Virus record (IMG/VR): IMGVR_UViG_3300036861_000774
DNA: 57,073 nt
Source: a virus
Direction: 5' to 3' (one strand)
In this document: in pieces, positions 35,001-44,074 of the stretch
Layout: every line of letters begins with the position of its first letter
Position numbering within the stretch: the first letter of the stretch is position 1
Translations under genes and position numbers: made by a program
Notes under the pieces: model-generated
What the model saw: the letters and a program-made list of their open reading frames with translations, nothing else
Databases searched by the model: none
Told to the model about the DNA's origin: nothing

Positions 35001-36237
35001 CTACATCCAGGCGCGCTATCGCGAGACCGCCGCTGCGGGAGCGGTCGAGAACAAGTGGATCAACCTCGCGCCGGTACCCGCCGAAGCGGGCCAGGTCTCG
35101 ATCGCGCCCGTGCAAGACGGCATTGCCTACGACATCCGGATACGTTCAATCGGGGGGCTGGGAGAAACATCCGAGTGGATCGATATTCTCAATCACACGG
35201 TGATCGGCAAGACATCCGCACCGCCAGACGTCTCGACGCTGTTCGTCATGGGCACACTACTCTCGTGGAGCTATCCGAATCCTCCGCGCGACTTCGCCGG
35301 GTTCCGGGTCAAGGCTAGGGCAGGGACGGCGAGTGTTTGGTCGGGCGCCAATCAGCTCCATGACGGCCTGATCACCCCGACCGAGCTCGACATCGCTGGC
35401 CGCCTCGGCGCCGGGACCCAGACGATCATGGTCAAGGCGGTGGACGTCGCCGAGAACGAGAGCGCGGGCGCGGCAGTCCTGACGCTCAATCTCGGCGACC
35501 CGACCATCGACAACATTATCCTCACGATCGACTACGGTGCACTCGGCTACCCGGGCACGATCGTCAATGGCTCGGTCGTCGGTTCGGAGATCCGCGCCAC
35601 GAGTGATGCGTCGCTCTACCTCCCGAAGGGCGAGGCCGCGTACCTGCCCGACGGCGCCGCACTCTACCTGCCCACGACGTACTTTGAGATGAGTTACGCG
35701 GCGGTCGTCATACCTGATGCCGATGCGGTACCGGCGGAACTTTCTGTCGCGGTCACGACGCAGGGGGAGGACTATTTCCTCGAGTTCCGCGGCCGCGGCG
35801 ACAACGCGCTCTATCTCCCGATCGGCAGCGATCTCTACCTGACGAACGGCGCCGGTCTCTATCTCGGCGGCCCAGAACCCTACCAGCCTTGGCCTGGGAA
35901 GCTCGAAGTCACGCGCGCGACCTACGATGTCCGCGCGACGGTCGCCGCCGGCGCCACGCAGGGGAAGATCACTTCCTTCGTGGCCAAGGTCGACGTGCCG
36001 GACATCGACGAGGTCCTGGAGGATGTGGCGCTCGCCTCCGGCGGCACGCGCCTGCCCATCACGAAGCACTACCGGAAGATCGCGCACGTGGGCGCCGATC
36101 TTCAGGACACCGGCACGGGGGCGGTGAGCATCCTCCAGCTCGACAATGATCCGATGCTCGGGCCGCTGCGCAAGGCGATCAACGCTGCCGGCGCCGGCGT
36201 CGCCGCCGTGGTCGACTTCCGCGTCAGGGGCTACTGA
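32032..36237 (+). CDS. NlpC/P60 peptidase fused to a gpJ-like host-specificity (central tail fibre) protein
   Basis: The N-terminus GCDCLGLARLVWAEQFG ... GDGVLLRV ... PSHIGVVVEP carries the NlpC/P60 Cys and His. A hydrophobic Gly/Ala/Val segment follows, and then more than 1000 aa typical of gpJ-size proteins. Confidence 0.8.
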   Translation: MVPPWTRDYIGIPWKSKGRDRMGCDCLGLARLVWAEQFGLKIPSYDECYATAEDLQEIARIIAAESGSWRKVPTEDARAGDGVLLRVLGNPSHIGVVVEPPTFLHVAPGINACLDDYTRPHWAKRLLGIHRHEDLLSEASPDALASRVIAPAEILDPNSTLRSLILPHPFSNERIDRTIKVGATLAEILEDAGLPIGPMRGFSIRVFIDGHGPIPREWWSRIKPKAGRIVTARIIPANAGGGGGKNVLGMVLMVAVIVVAIVAQQYYAVALAGALGVSAATASALIGAGVIVAGGLLINAIAPPQTPSLGRLSGAASSRSSLDGSSPTLSITGTRNQMSPYGPIPRVYGRHRMFPPLGASTFTEVVGSDQYLRMVLVPGYGPLNITTIQIGDNPILNFQGVEVEIRQGYSNDTPLTLYTDDIHEDPLSVVLTQAGGSAIRTTQSDADEISVDIVFPNGLFALASDGTRLLATVAVTVEYRLVGATSWTLLAEDGDFNPSTWVSGVFRRGRRWTTNKGQYEVKLTRTTADSSDLKIHDQVFWSALRTIRHRDPITKTGLAKIGLRIKATDQLNGVVDQLNCIVESIIPDWDAGSGTWITRATSNPASIYRDILQGSANARPVADARIDLPGLQAWHEANATAGRFFNAIIDFRTTLFQALRDVAAVGRASFAMKDGKYSVVRDIPQTVPIQHFTPRNSKDFKSTKALPDLPHAFKARFINPNANWQQDERIVYDDGFNADGSGGLTPASKFEVLELLGVTDSNQAWRDGRYHIAVARLRPETYELMTDIEHLICQRGDLVKVVHDVPLWGLAYGRVKAVQVDGSGNATGVTVDEICTMEIGKSYAMRFRRSTGASVMQQVITAAGEQTTVTFTVAILAASKPAVGDLFLFGLLNSESVDLLVQGIDPGPDFSAKLTLVDASPAVHTADTGPIPAFESQITQPALIQRQSPAPIIDSVVSNEDVLTRAIDGALESRILVGLHFVSTTDVPAIYIQARYRETAAAGAVENKWINLAPVPAEAGQVSIAPVQDGIAYDIRIRSIGGLGETSEWIDILNHTVIGKTSAPPDVSTLFVMGTLLSWSYPNPPRDFAGFRVKARAGTASVWSGANQLHDGLITPTELDIAGRLGAGTQTIMVKAVDVAENESAGAAVLTLNLGDPTIDNIILTIDYGALGYPGTIVNGSVVGSEIRATSDASLYLPKGEAAYLPDGAALYLPTTYFEMSYAAVVIPDADAVPAELSVAVTTQGEDYFLEFRGRGDNALYLPIGSDLYLTNGAGLYLGGPEPYQPWPGKLEVTRATYDVRATVAAGATQGKITSFVAKVDVPDIDEVLEDVALASGGTRLPITKHYRKIAHVGADLQDTGTGAVSILQLDNDPMLGPLRKAINAAGAGVAAVVDFRVRGY

Positions 36238-37763
36238 TGACGACGCTCCCGGCAACCGGGTATTTCACCAATGCCTCGCGGACGAACGCAGAGGCCAAGC
36301 AGGGCCAGGACGACGTCCTCGCTTTCCTGCGGCAGATGCCGGGCGGCGATGCGCCCACGACGCTCACGCTGGCCTCCGACCAGGTCACGCCGACCAAGGG
36401 CACGCACGCGATCGACACGGAAGCCGCCGCGTCCACCGACAACCTCGCGCAGATCCTCCAGACAAACTTGCCCGACGGCAGCTATCTCTTCATCCACAGC
36501 GCCAATAACTCGCGCACGGTGGTGGTCAAGCATGCCGCCGGCGGCACCGGGCAGATCTCGCTCAGCGATGGCCTCGACTTCTCTCTGACCGAAGTCACGA
36601 TGTGGCTCCTCCTCCAGCGCAACGGCACGCTCTGGGAGGAACGCCTCCGTTACTACGGCAATGCGCCGGCGCGGCTCACGCGACGGCAGGACTGGTCGAA
36701 GGGCGCCAACATCGCCTCGGCTGCCACGATCACGCCCGGGAACGACGGGAACTACTTTGAAATCACCGGCACGACCACCATCACGGCGATCGCGAGCGTG
36801 GCGGCCGGGTCACTCATCGCCCTTGAGTTCCAGGGAATCCTGACCTTCACCCACAACGCCAGCACGCTCATCCTACCCGGAGCCGCCAACATCATCACGG
36901 CGGCCGGAGACACCGCGAGCTTCGTCAGCCTTGGCAGCGGCAACTGGCGATGCCTCTCCTATCAGAAGGCGAACGGAACCCCGCCGGTTGCCACGGCCCT
37001 CCCTCGCGGCTATGCTGCGGGCGGGCTCGTAACCTATATCAGCGGCACCTCGATCTCGATCGGCCCCGGGTCCTTCCGCGATGACGCCGATACTGAAAAC
37101 CTGTTACTCGCATCCACCCTGACGATGTCGGGCAATGGGGCTTGGGTCGTTGGCAACAACCAGCCGAAGGACTCCAGCGATCTCACGCTTTCCAACGGGA
37201 TGACGGTGCACTGGCACATCATCAAGCGTGTGGATACTGGCGTGGTCGATATCCTCCGGTCGGCGAGCGCCACGTCCCCCGTGCTACCGACGAACTACAC
37301 GAAGTCCCGCCGCTGGAAGTCGTTCAAGTTCACGTCCGGCGCGCAGACGTTCCAGAGTTTCACGCACACGCCGTGGAACGACATGATCCGTTATGCCACG
37401 TCCACACTCGACGTCAATCTCACGTCCCCCGGTACCGGCTCTCAACTGCGAACGCTGAATATTCCGACCGGCGTCGTCGTCGAGGTCTTCTTCAATGCCC
37501 GTGGCACCGGCCACGCGGGGGCTGGCTTCGCCGGCGTTGTCTTCAGTGATCCAGCGTCGGCAAACGAAACACCCTCACTGACCGCCGCACCTCTCTCGAT
37601 GCTCTACAGCGACGCTGGCGTGGTCAACAACAGCCTGGGCTCGTTCAGGATTCTCTCAAACACATCAGGCCAAATCCGGAGCACGAACGACGCCTCGGAC
37701 GCCAGCACGACATTGGAGATCGCGACGTGGGCTTATATCGACGCGGGCGGGAGGAACGCGTAA
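36237..37763 (+). CDS. Tail fibre-like protein (508 aa)
   Basis: TGATG coupling to the gpJ-like gene. Thr/Ser/Gly/Asn-rich with beta-type composition. No motif recognised. Confidence 0.45.
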   Translation: MTTLPATGYFTNASRTNAEAKQGQDDVLAFLRQMPGGDAPTTLTLASDQVTPTKGTHAIDTEAAASTDNLAQILQTNLPDGSYLFIHSANNSRTVVVKHAAGGTGQISLSDGLDFSLTEVTMWLLLQRNGTLWEERLRYYGNAPARLTRRQDWSKGANIASAATITPGNDGNYFEITGTTTITAIASVAAGSLIALEFQGILTFTHNASTLILPGAANIITAAGDTASFVSLGSGNWRCLSYQKANGTPPVATALPRGYAAGGLVTYISGTSISIGPGSFRDDADTENLLLASTLTMSGNGAWVVGNNQPKDSSDLTLSNGMTVHWHIIKRVDTGVVDILRSASATSPVLPTNYTKSRRWKSFKFTSGAQTFQSFTHTPWNDMIRYATSTLDVNLTSPGTGSQLRTLNIPTGVVVEVFFNARGTGHAGAGFAGVVFSDPASANETPSLTAAPLSMLYSDAGVVNNSLGSFRILSNTSGQIRSTNDASDASTTLEIATWAYIDAGGRNA

Positions 37764-38128
37764 TGCCGCAATGCCTCTTCGACCGAGCGACTTTGCTCTT
37801 CGTGGGCGGCTCGATGTTCGACCAAATTCCGCACGACGAGGCAACGCATATCCAAATCACGCTGGCGACCTATCCCGACCTCCGCACCGATCGCTGGGAC
37901 GGCGCGACGGGTGTCCGTCCGGCCACCGGGGCCGAGTTGGCGGCCTTCGACGACGCGCAGAAGACGGCGCAGGCCGACCTGACGCCGAATAAGCTGTTGC
38001 TTGCAGCGGTGACCTATCTGACGGCTCGGATTAACGAGCTTCGCACACAGCCGACGACGGCCTTTCCGGCGCTGACGGCCTCCGATGTGAAGAACGGGAT
38101 CATCACAGCATTCAAGGCGCAATCATAA
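37763..38128 (+). CDS. Hypothetical protein (121 aa), possible fibre assembly factor
   Basis: TAATG coupling. It is the last gene before a terminator. Confidence 0.4.
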   Translation: MPQCLFDRATLLFVGGSMFDQIPHDEATHIQITLATYPDLRTDRWDGATGVRPATGAELAAFDDAQKTAQADLTPNKLLLAAVTYLTARINELRTQPTTAFPALTASDVKNGIITAFKAQS

Positions 38129-38228
38129 AGACGCGTGACATGACGGAGGGACTTCGGTAACGATGTAAACAGACGATTCGCGCCGACCCGCCTGCCTGAT
38201 CAGTGGGCGGGGGCGACAGCCGAGAAGA

Positions 38229-38268
38229 GGGGTCTTTGGGCGCCCAAGCCAAAGGCCCCTTTTCTTTT
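38229..38268 (+). terminator. Rho-independent terminator
   Basis: Stem GGGGTCTTTGG / CCAAAGGCCCC (one G-T pair) followed by TTTTCTTTT. Confidence 0.6.
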
Positions 38269-38292
38269 GGCGCGGGATAAGGAGGACCGCGG

Positions 38293-38670
38293 ATGGGCGA
38301 TGTCGAGCGGATCGAGACGGTGCGGGAGCGCCGGTTGGCGCTGACGCAGAGCTGTCCCGATTGCCGGCGCCGTCAGGGGCTGCTGGAGCGTCAGGAGATT
38401 CTTCTGAACGCGGAGCGGCTCGCCTTCGCGCAGAAAAAGGCCGAACAGGACCAGCGCATCGCCGTTCTCGGCCACGGCACGCTCGATGAGCTGCTTGAAC
38501 AAGTCCAGGCGCTGGCCGTCGGGGGCTACGTGGAGGTGCGAATCAATCGGACCGGTGCCCATGTCGAGTGTCGACCGGCCGCGGGCCGGAACACGACGCT
38601 CCGAGCCAGTGGCGAGCGGATGGAGGCGGCGCTGGCGGCGCTACTCACGCAACTGGGAGCCCACACATGA
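38293..38670 (+). CDS. Hypothetical protein (125 aa)
   Basis: AAGGAGG lies upstream of the ATG. It has a CPDC motif and a helical N-terminus. Confidence 0.45.
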   Translation: MGDVERIETVRERRLALTQSCPDCRRRQGLLERQEILLNAERLAFAQKKAEQDQRIAVLGHGTLDELLEQVQALAVGGYVEVRINRTGAHVECRPAAGRNTTLRASGERMEAALAALLTQLGAHT

Positions 38671-38822
38671 GCGAGCCCGAGATCCGCACGTGCGCGTTCC
38701 GGGGCTGCGGGCTGACGTTCATCGTCACCGCCGGGAGCCGGGGCCGACCCAAGCTCTATTGCGCGACCACGTGCCGCCGACGCGCGGCCGCCGATGGGAA
38801 GAAACGTCGATCCACCAAATGA
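38667..38822 (+). CDS. Small zinc-finger-like protein (51 aa)
   Basis: ATGA overlap. Sequence: CAFRGCGLTF ... PKLYCATTCRRRA. Confidence 0.4.
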   Translation: MSEPEIRTCAFRGCGLTFIVTAGSRGRPKLYCATTCRRRAAADGKKRRSTK

Positions 38823-38956
38823 GCCGCGCGATGAAGCGACTGGCAACGTTCCTGGGTGAACTCGGATCTCGGCCCGGCTGGCCGCGATAGGCCCGGCGAT
38901 GGATGCTCTTTTAACAAACCGATCGAACAACACACGTCGAATGCAGGAGACCTCCA

Positions 38957-39085
38957 ATGTTACTCGGCCTCCTCTTCTTCGGTGCGTTGGCTCTTTCGGA
39001 AGGGGACTTCTCGCATGGTGACAGGTGTCCGCGTGCCGTATTCACGCGGGGTCATCGCCTGGGCCGACACATTAAAGGCGGATAA
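38957..39085 (+). CDS. Possible 42-aa hydrophobic peptide
   Basis: AGGAG lies 7 nt upstream of ATG 38957. Hand translation: MLLGLLFFGALALSEGDFSHGDRCPRAVFTRGHRLGRHIKGG. It sits in an otherwise intergenic, lower-GC stretch. Confidence 0.25.
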   Translation: MLLGLLFFGALALSEGDFSHGDRCPRAVFTRGHRLGRHIKGG

Positions 39086-39104
39086 GGCCGGGGCCTTTTC
39101 TTTT
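39084..39104 (+). terminator. Weak terminator-like hairpin plus T-tract
   Basis: AAGGC-cggg-GCCTT followed by TTCTTTT. It shares the 16-nt CCTTTTCTTTTGGCGC with the terminator at 38258..38273. Confidence 0.35.
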
Positions 39105-39133
39105 GGCGCAGAGAGAGGAGCGCAGACGATTCG

Positions 39134-39613
39134 ATGACGATTGTCGTTGTCGCGGTCCACGAGGAGTGCCCGGCGGTGGTCGCGCTCCGCTCATACCGAC
39201 TGCCGTTCGATCTGGTGCGCGTGCGCGATGAGTTCACCTACGGCCAGACGCTCACGCGCTACTGGCAGGCGGGCGAGACGTTTATCAACGTTGAGCACGA
39301 CATCGTGCCGTGGCCCGGCGCCCTGGAGGCGCTGTGGGCGTGCGATCGGCCCGCCTGGTGCGGCTACGAATATCCGGTCGGCTACTCGGGCAAATTCGGC
39401 CGGTCGCTCGGCTGTGTCCTTTTTCACGACGCATTCCTGCGCACGCATCCCGACGTGTCGTGGACCGATGTCCCCTGGTCCACCCTCGATGCGTCCATCT
39501 ACCGGACGATGGGCCAGACGTGGCACACACACGTCCCGCCTGTCGCGCATCTCACGCCCCTCAAAACCCTGGCGGGCATCTCTGCAGTGCACTCAATCAC
39601 GACCGAGTATTAG
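39134..39613 (+). CDS. Hypothetical protein, possibly a GT-A-like nucleotide-sugar transferase
   Basis: GAGAGGAG lies upstream. FINVEHDIVPWPGAL contains an acidic ExD motif in the position of a DxD motif. This is a weak call. Confidence 0.3.
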   Translation: MTIVVVAVHEECPAVVALRSYRLPFDLVRVRDEFTYGQTLTRYWQAGETFINVEHDIVPWPGALEALWACDRPAWCGYEYPVGYSGKFGRSLGCVLFHDAFLRTHPDVSWTDVPWSTLDASIYRTMGQTWHTHVPPVAHLTPLKTLAGISAVHSITTEY

Positions 39614-39627
39614 AGAGGAGCACGACA

Positions 39628-40065
39628 ATGGCGAGGTATGCGTGCGGAGTCTTGACGGGGGCCGGGTCGACCACCCTGCCGATCATTTCCTTGTACAGCA
39701 TTGCGGGCGTGAGCCCGTCCATTCGTGAGTGCGGGCTCACCAACACGACCGCGACCGCCGTCGCCCTGAAGCTCGTGTATCTGACGACCGCGGGTACCCA
39801 GGGCGCTGGCCTGACGGAGACGAAGTATCGCGATGGCGCGGCGGCGGCAAGCTCGACGGGCTTCACCACACACACGGTCGCCCCGACTCTGGGCAACGAC
39901 CTCGGCTATCGTGCCTCGCTCGGCGCGGCCGTCGGGGCGGGCGTGATCTGGACCTTCGGCGATCAGGGCATCACCCCGCCCGTCGGAACGGCGAACGGCC
40001 TCGGTGTCATCGTGGAAAACGGTACGGGGCAGGCGATCCAGGCCTACATCGTGTTTGACGAGTGA
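39628..40065 (+). CDS. Hypothetical Thr/Gly/Ala-rich beta-type protein (145 aa)
   Basis: GAGAGGAG lies upstream of ATG 39628. Confidence 0.5.
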   Translation: MARYACGVLTGAGSTTLPIISLYSIAGVSPSIRECGLTNTTATAVALKLVYLTTAGTQGAGLTETKYRDGAAAASSTGFTTHTVAPTLGNDLGYRASLGAAVGAGVIWTFGDQGITPPVGTANGLGVIVENGTGQAIQAYIVFDE

Positions 40066-40559
40066 TGTCTCTCGACGAATTGTTTCTGAAGCATGGCACG
40101 GACAAAAGCTCGACGGGCCACAACTATGCGCCTATCTACGAGCGCTATCTCCAGCCGGACACCATCACGTCACTCCTCGAGCTCGGGGTCGCTTCGGGCG
40201 CATCGCTCCGGGCGTGGCGGGATTGGTGTCCGCGAGCGCGGATTCACGGGATCGAGCGTGACGCTCACGTGGCTCTTGCTATCGAGGGCTGCGTGATTCA
40301 TTACGTTGATGCGACAGACAAGAGACTGACCGACTTCCTCGGCGTGTTCGACGTCGTGATCGACGACGCCTCCCATGAGGTCGCGCAGATCGAACGCGCC
40401 CTTGAACTGCTCTGGCCCCATCTCACTCCAGGGGGCTGGTACGTGATCGAAGACCTCGCGGCGCATGCCACTGTTGGAGGAGTGGCGCTCTTCCTCCGGC
40501 CGGGCGTGACCGAGTTGCATCGTCATGGCGAGATCCTCTTCGCCAGAAAGGCCGAGTGA
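40062..40559 (+). CDS. Class I SAM-dependent methyltransferase (sugar O-methyltransferase-like)
   Basis: HGTDKSSTGHNYAPIYERYL ... LLELGVASGASL ... VIDDASH ... LTPGGWYVIEDL. The GTDK...H-Y pattern is typical of methyltransferases found in glycan clusters. Confidence 0.7.
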   Translation: MMSLDELFLKHGTDKSSTGHNYAPIYERYLQPDTITSLLELGVASGASLRAWRDWCPRARIHGIERDAHVALAIEGCVIHYVDATDKRLTDFLGVFDVVIDDASHEVAQIERALELLWPHLTPGGWYVIEDLAAHATVGGVALFLRPGVTELHRHGEILFARKAE

Positions 40560-40807
40560 TGGATTACCGCTGTTTCAAGATCCGGGTCGGGCACGGAAGC
40601 CCCACGAACGACCACAACGGCGTGTCGGTGATGAAGACGTACTTCGACGTGTTCCTGGAGCCCGTCCATTCGCAAGCCGACACGTCAGGCGGGCTGGCGC
40701 AGATCCGCCTCGGCCTCTGGAACGACTGCGAGTTCAAGCAGGGCGAGGTGTACAGCATCGACCTCAGCGCGAAGCCGGTGACCTTCACGATGGTGCGCAA
40801 CGCATGA
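40556..40807 (+). CDS. Hypothetical protein (83 aa)
   Basis: Translationally coupled on both sides. Confidence 0.45.
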   Translation: MMDYRCFKIRVGHGSPTNDHNGVSVMKTYFDVFLEPVHSQADTSGGLAQIRLGLWNDCEFKQGEVYSIDLSAKPVTFTMVRNA

Positions 40808-41022
40808 TGACACTCCACGCCGGGAATGGGCATTCCGTTTCCGCCAGCGAGCAGTCGTGGATCGCCGGCCTCGTCATGCTGCTCTCCGAGCAGGAGCGCG
40901 AGCGCCTGATGGAGATCGTCTCGACGCGGATGGAGGTGCCGAAAATCAGCAACCTCGAAGTGGAGACGGAGATTTTGAAGAATGGCACACGGGTGAAGTT
41001 GATCGGGGGGTCGATGGTCTAA
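40804..41022 (+). CDS. Hypothetical protein (72 aa)
   Basis: ATGA overlap upstream and TAATG overlap downstream. Confidence 0.4.
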   Translation: MMTLHAGNGHSVSASEQSWIAGLVMLLSEQERERLMEIVSTRMEVPKISNLEVETEILKNGTRVKLIGGSMV

Positions 41023-43595
41023 TGCCGGGCCCTAACGACACCGACAGTTACGGCGGCTGGAAGGACTTTCCGATCAGTCCACCGGGGACCGGGAAATGGG
41101 CTGTCTCCCGGCTGGGTCGTCAATGGCTCTTCGTCACGCCCGAAGGCTACGGGCTTTGGATGAACGCTATCTTCGACGCCGAAGCGGATACGTCGACCGA
41201 CGAAGGCGCGATCTCCTATTCGGCTACGGCGGGCAACCGCATTCCCGTACTGCTCTTAAAATACGGGAGCATGGCGAACTGGGCGGCGGCGATCAAGAAG
41301 AAGTTGACGTACTGGGGTTTCAACACCCTCGGGGACTATACGAACTTCAACCTCTGGAGCCTGATTCCCTTCACCCACATCATTAGCATAACGATCAACG
41401 CGGCGAAAAACCGAGATTTCGGTAGCGGAACATATGGCTCGGCCAGTGCAACCCGGGACCTCACGTCGGGCACGCCGTCAACGTTCACAGGCTGGACGGG
41501 CTCACCATCGCCAGATGTTTATGCTCCGCAATACAAGACGTATGCGACAGGATACTGCGCTGACGACTCGGTCACGGGTCTCGGCACGGTGAATGGAGGA
41601 GGCCAGTTGATTGGCATCGCCACTGATGACATGGACTTCCTCTACGGCTTCAACCGGGCGACGACCGATGCCCTAAACGGGATGGCGACGTTCTCACCCC
41701 AGTGGCATATCGGCTACCTCGTCATGATCGGTCGCCCGGTCCAGGCCGAGGGGAACGTGTCGCAAGGCATCGGGCTCATCACCTACAACGATCCGATCCT
41801 CTACAGCAAGCGGGCTCTCCGCAACACGGTCGTAGGGCGCCATGGCACGCTCTCGGCGCTCGGCGTGACAGTCAGCACGAGCGGCACCGCCGCGACGTTC
41901 TCTGGCGTGCATGGCCTCGCCGTCGGGGATTTCATCACGATCACGAGCGGCCCCGAATCCGGGGACATCCGGCGCGTCAATGCCGTCCCGACGACGTCCA
42001 CGGCCACGCTCGAATGGGCCTTCTATGCAGATCAATCAGCGGGGACCTCGGTCTCCAAGATTCCGGCGACCGGGGCGTTGACGGCTCTCAATACCTCCTG
42101 GGGTTCAAGCTATACGACTTTCGCCGAGCAGGACATCGCCCGAACCGGTGATCCGTGGAACGAGTCGCGCTTCGTCGACGGCACGGCCGGCTGTAACTGC
42201 GTAAATGGAAATACGACGGTGACGCTCGACGCCGGAGTCCGCGTGCCTTTACGCACCGATGGCAGCGACGTCGACAAATTGTTCAAGATCATCAGCGGCC
42301 TTTCCGGAGGTGGGGATCTTCTGACGTCAATTGCGTCCGTCACGGATAGCCTGACGGCGGTTCTCCGGACGGCCCCCACCGTGACCGCCAAGCGTGACTA
42401 TCGGATCGTCCGCGAAGCCGCCGCTGGCTTCCCGACGCTCGAAGCTCTCTGGGGCAACGGGGTCCGACTCGATTACTCGGGGCTCGCGAAACTGACCGTG
42501 GTGGCCTACGACTCAAACAACATGAAGAACACGTTCACCGTGAAGGTGAACGGCGTCACCAAGGGTACGGATGACGGTGCCGGCAATATCACCGGCGCCA
42601 CAATCGCCTCGGGCACCATCAATTACACGACCGGGGCCGTGGGTTTCACCTTTACAGCGGGCAACGCCCCGCCGGATGGCGCTACGCTGACCTTCAACTA
42701 CACGGGCTCGGGCTATGGAATCGGCACGTCGTTCCTGGACGAAGATGGCCACAACTCTTGGATGCCCACGAACCATGACGGTCTGGAACCGTTTAGCGGG
42801 ACCACATCGGGCTTCCGGGCAGACCTCGACGCATTTCTGTTTGACTTTGCGAAGCAGTATGCCCGGGTCACATCCACGGCGATCAAGGCGCATTTCACGG
42901 GCCATCTCGTCTTCGGCCCCGTCACACTCGGCGCGCGCTCGCAGTCGGGGGCTCCACGCAAGGAAATCTATCAGGGACTCGCCACCTCCTTTGACGTTTT
43001 CAATGTCCAGGCGGCCGACCAGAATCAGCTCGACTGGGCGGTCACCTATCTCGGTGACAAGCCGTTCGTGACGTGGGAGGACATCACCGCGAATCCCGAC
43101 TCTCGGATGCGGGGCAATCCGCCGGGGGTTGATCCAAGCACTCCTGCGGACTGGACCAAGCACGGCCAGAAGCAACGTGGCCAGTCGTGGCAAGCCGTAG
43201 TAGCTAACATTCACACGTTGAAGAGCGAAGCCGGGGTGGCGAATATTGCTGGCTTCAAATGGTGGGAGTTCCGCGATCGACTCTCAGAGAGCGCAAATTA
43301 CGGGTTTCTGTCGATCGCCGACAACTGGTACGACGGCTGCGAGGCGCGGCGGCATGGATTAATGGTCAACGGTCTGGACGATCTCGCCTGTGGCGGGCCG
43401 ATGGCGGCCCTCATGCGCCCCCGCACGGATCGCTGGGGCTGGACGCTGATCGATGAACGCACCGATTTCGGCGACTTCATGTCGGCGGTGCTCTCGGCCA
43501 ACTTCTCGGCATATGCGGCCGTCGCGGCCAACGTCGGTATGCTAGGCACGCCGCCTCCAGGCGTCATCCATCGGTTCGCCCGGCGGTTTCGATGA
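41022..43595 (+). CDS. Large putative glycan-active tail-associated protein (glycoside-hydrolase-like ends, 857 aa)
   Basis: LTYWGFNTLGDYTNF and the C-terminal FKWWEFRDRLSESANYGFLSIADNWYDG resemble TIM-barrel glycosidase signatures. The middle is Thr/Gly-rich and Ig-like. This is a weak call. Confidence 0.4.
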   Translation: MPGPNDTDSYGGWKDFPISPPGTGKWAVSRLGRQWLFVTPEGYGLWMNAIFDAEADTSTDEGAISYSATAGNRIPVLLLKYGSMANWAAAIKKKLTYWGFNTLGDYTNFNLWSLIPFTHIISITINAAKNRDFGSGTYGSASATRDLTSGTPSTFTGWTGSPSPDVYAPQYKTYATGYCADDSVTGLGTVNGGGQLIGIATDDMDFLYGFNRATTDALNGMATFSPQWHIGYLVMIGRPVQAEGNVSQGIGLITYNDPILYSKRALRNTVVGRHGTLSALGVTVSTSGTAATFSGVHGLAVGDFITITSGPESGDIRRVNAVPTTSTATLEWAFYADQSAGTSVSKIPATGALTALNTSWGSSYTTFAEQDIARTGDPWNESRFVDGTAGCNCVNGNTTVTLDAGVRVPLRTDGSDVDKLFKIISGLSGGGDLLTSIASVTDSLTAVLRTAPTVTAKRDYRIVREAAAGFPTLEALWGNGVRLDYSGLAKLTVVAYDSNNMKNTFTVKVNGVTKGTDDGAGNITGATIASGTINYTTGAVGFTFTAGNAPPDGATLTFNYTGSGYGIGTSFLDEDGHNSWMPTNHDGLEPFSGTTSGFRADLDAFLFDFAKQYARVTSTAIKAHFTGHLVFGPVTLGARSQSGAPRKEIYQGLATSFDVFNVQAADQNQLDWAVTYLGDKPFVTWEDITANPDSRMRGNPPGVDPSTPADWTKHGQKQRGQSWQAVVANIHTLKSEAGVANIAGFKWWEFRDRLSESANYGFLSIADNWYDGCEARRHGLMVNGLDDLACGGPMAALMRPRTDRWGWTLIDERTDFGDFMSAVLSANFSAYAAVAANVGMLGTPPPGVIHRFARRFR

Positions 43596-44074
43596 CCACG
43601 AATAAGCAAGCCTTCGGGACCTCGACCAGCCTCACGATTACGCTGAACAGCCTGACCAGTTCATCCACGGCGGGACGGGAATCGACGGCCGGTGACAACA
43701 CCACGGATCTCTTCTTCGATGTCCTGGTCAGCTTGCGTCTGAATGTGGCCGCGGGCACACCCGCGAACGATCAAAGTATCTACCTGTACGCCTATGGCTC
43801 AGAAGATGGCACGAACTATACCGACAATGCCACCGGCACGGATGCACCGATCACGCTGCGCGATCCCTTCAACGTCTCGTCCCCATTGATCCTGCGCGTG
43901 CCCATCCTCGTCGGCGGGGTGACGTTTAAGACGCATCCCATCGGACTTCGCCAATGGTTCGGGGGCAGTCTGCCGAGGAAGTGGGGGATCATCGTGCGCA
44001 ATAACTGCGGGCTCAGCCTAGCGGCGAGCGGCAACGCCGCGACTTATACCGGCATCTTCTCGACGAATACATAA
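43592..44074 (+). CDS. Hypothetical Ser/Thr-rich beta-type protein (160 aa)
   Basis: ATGA coupling. Confidence 0.5.
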   Translation: MTTNKQAFGTSTSLTITLNSLTSSSTAGRESTAGDNTTDLFFDVLVSLRLNVAAGTPANDQSIYLYAYGSEDGTNYTDNATGTDAPITLRDPFNVSSPLILRVPILVGGVTFKTHPIGLRQWFGGSLPRKWGIIVRNNCGLSLAASGNAATYTGIFSTNT

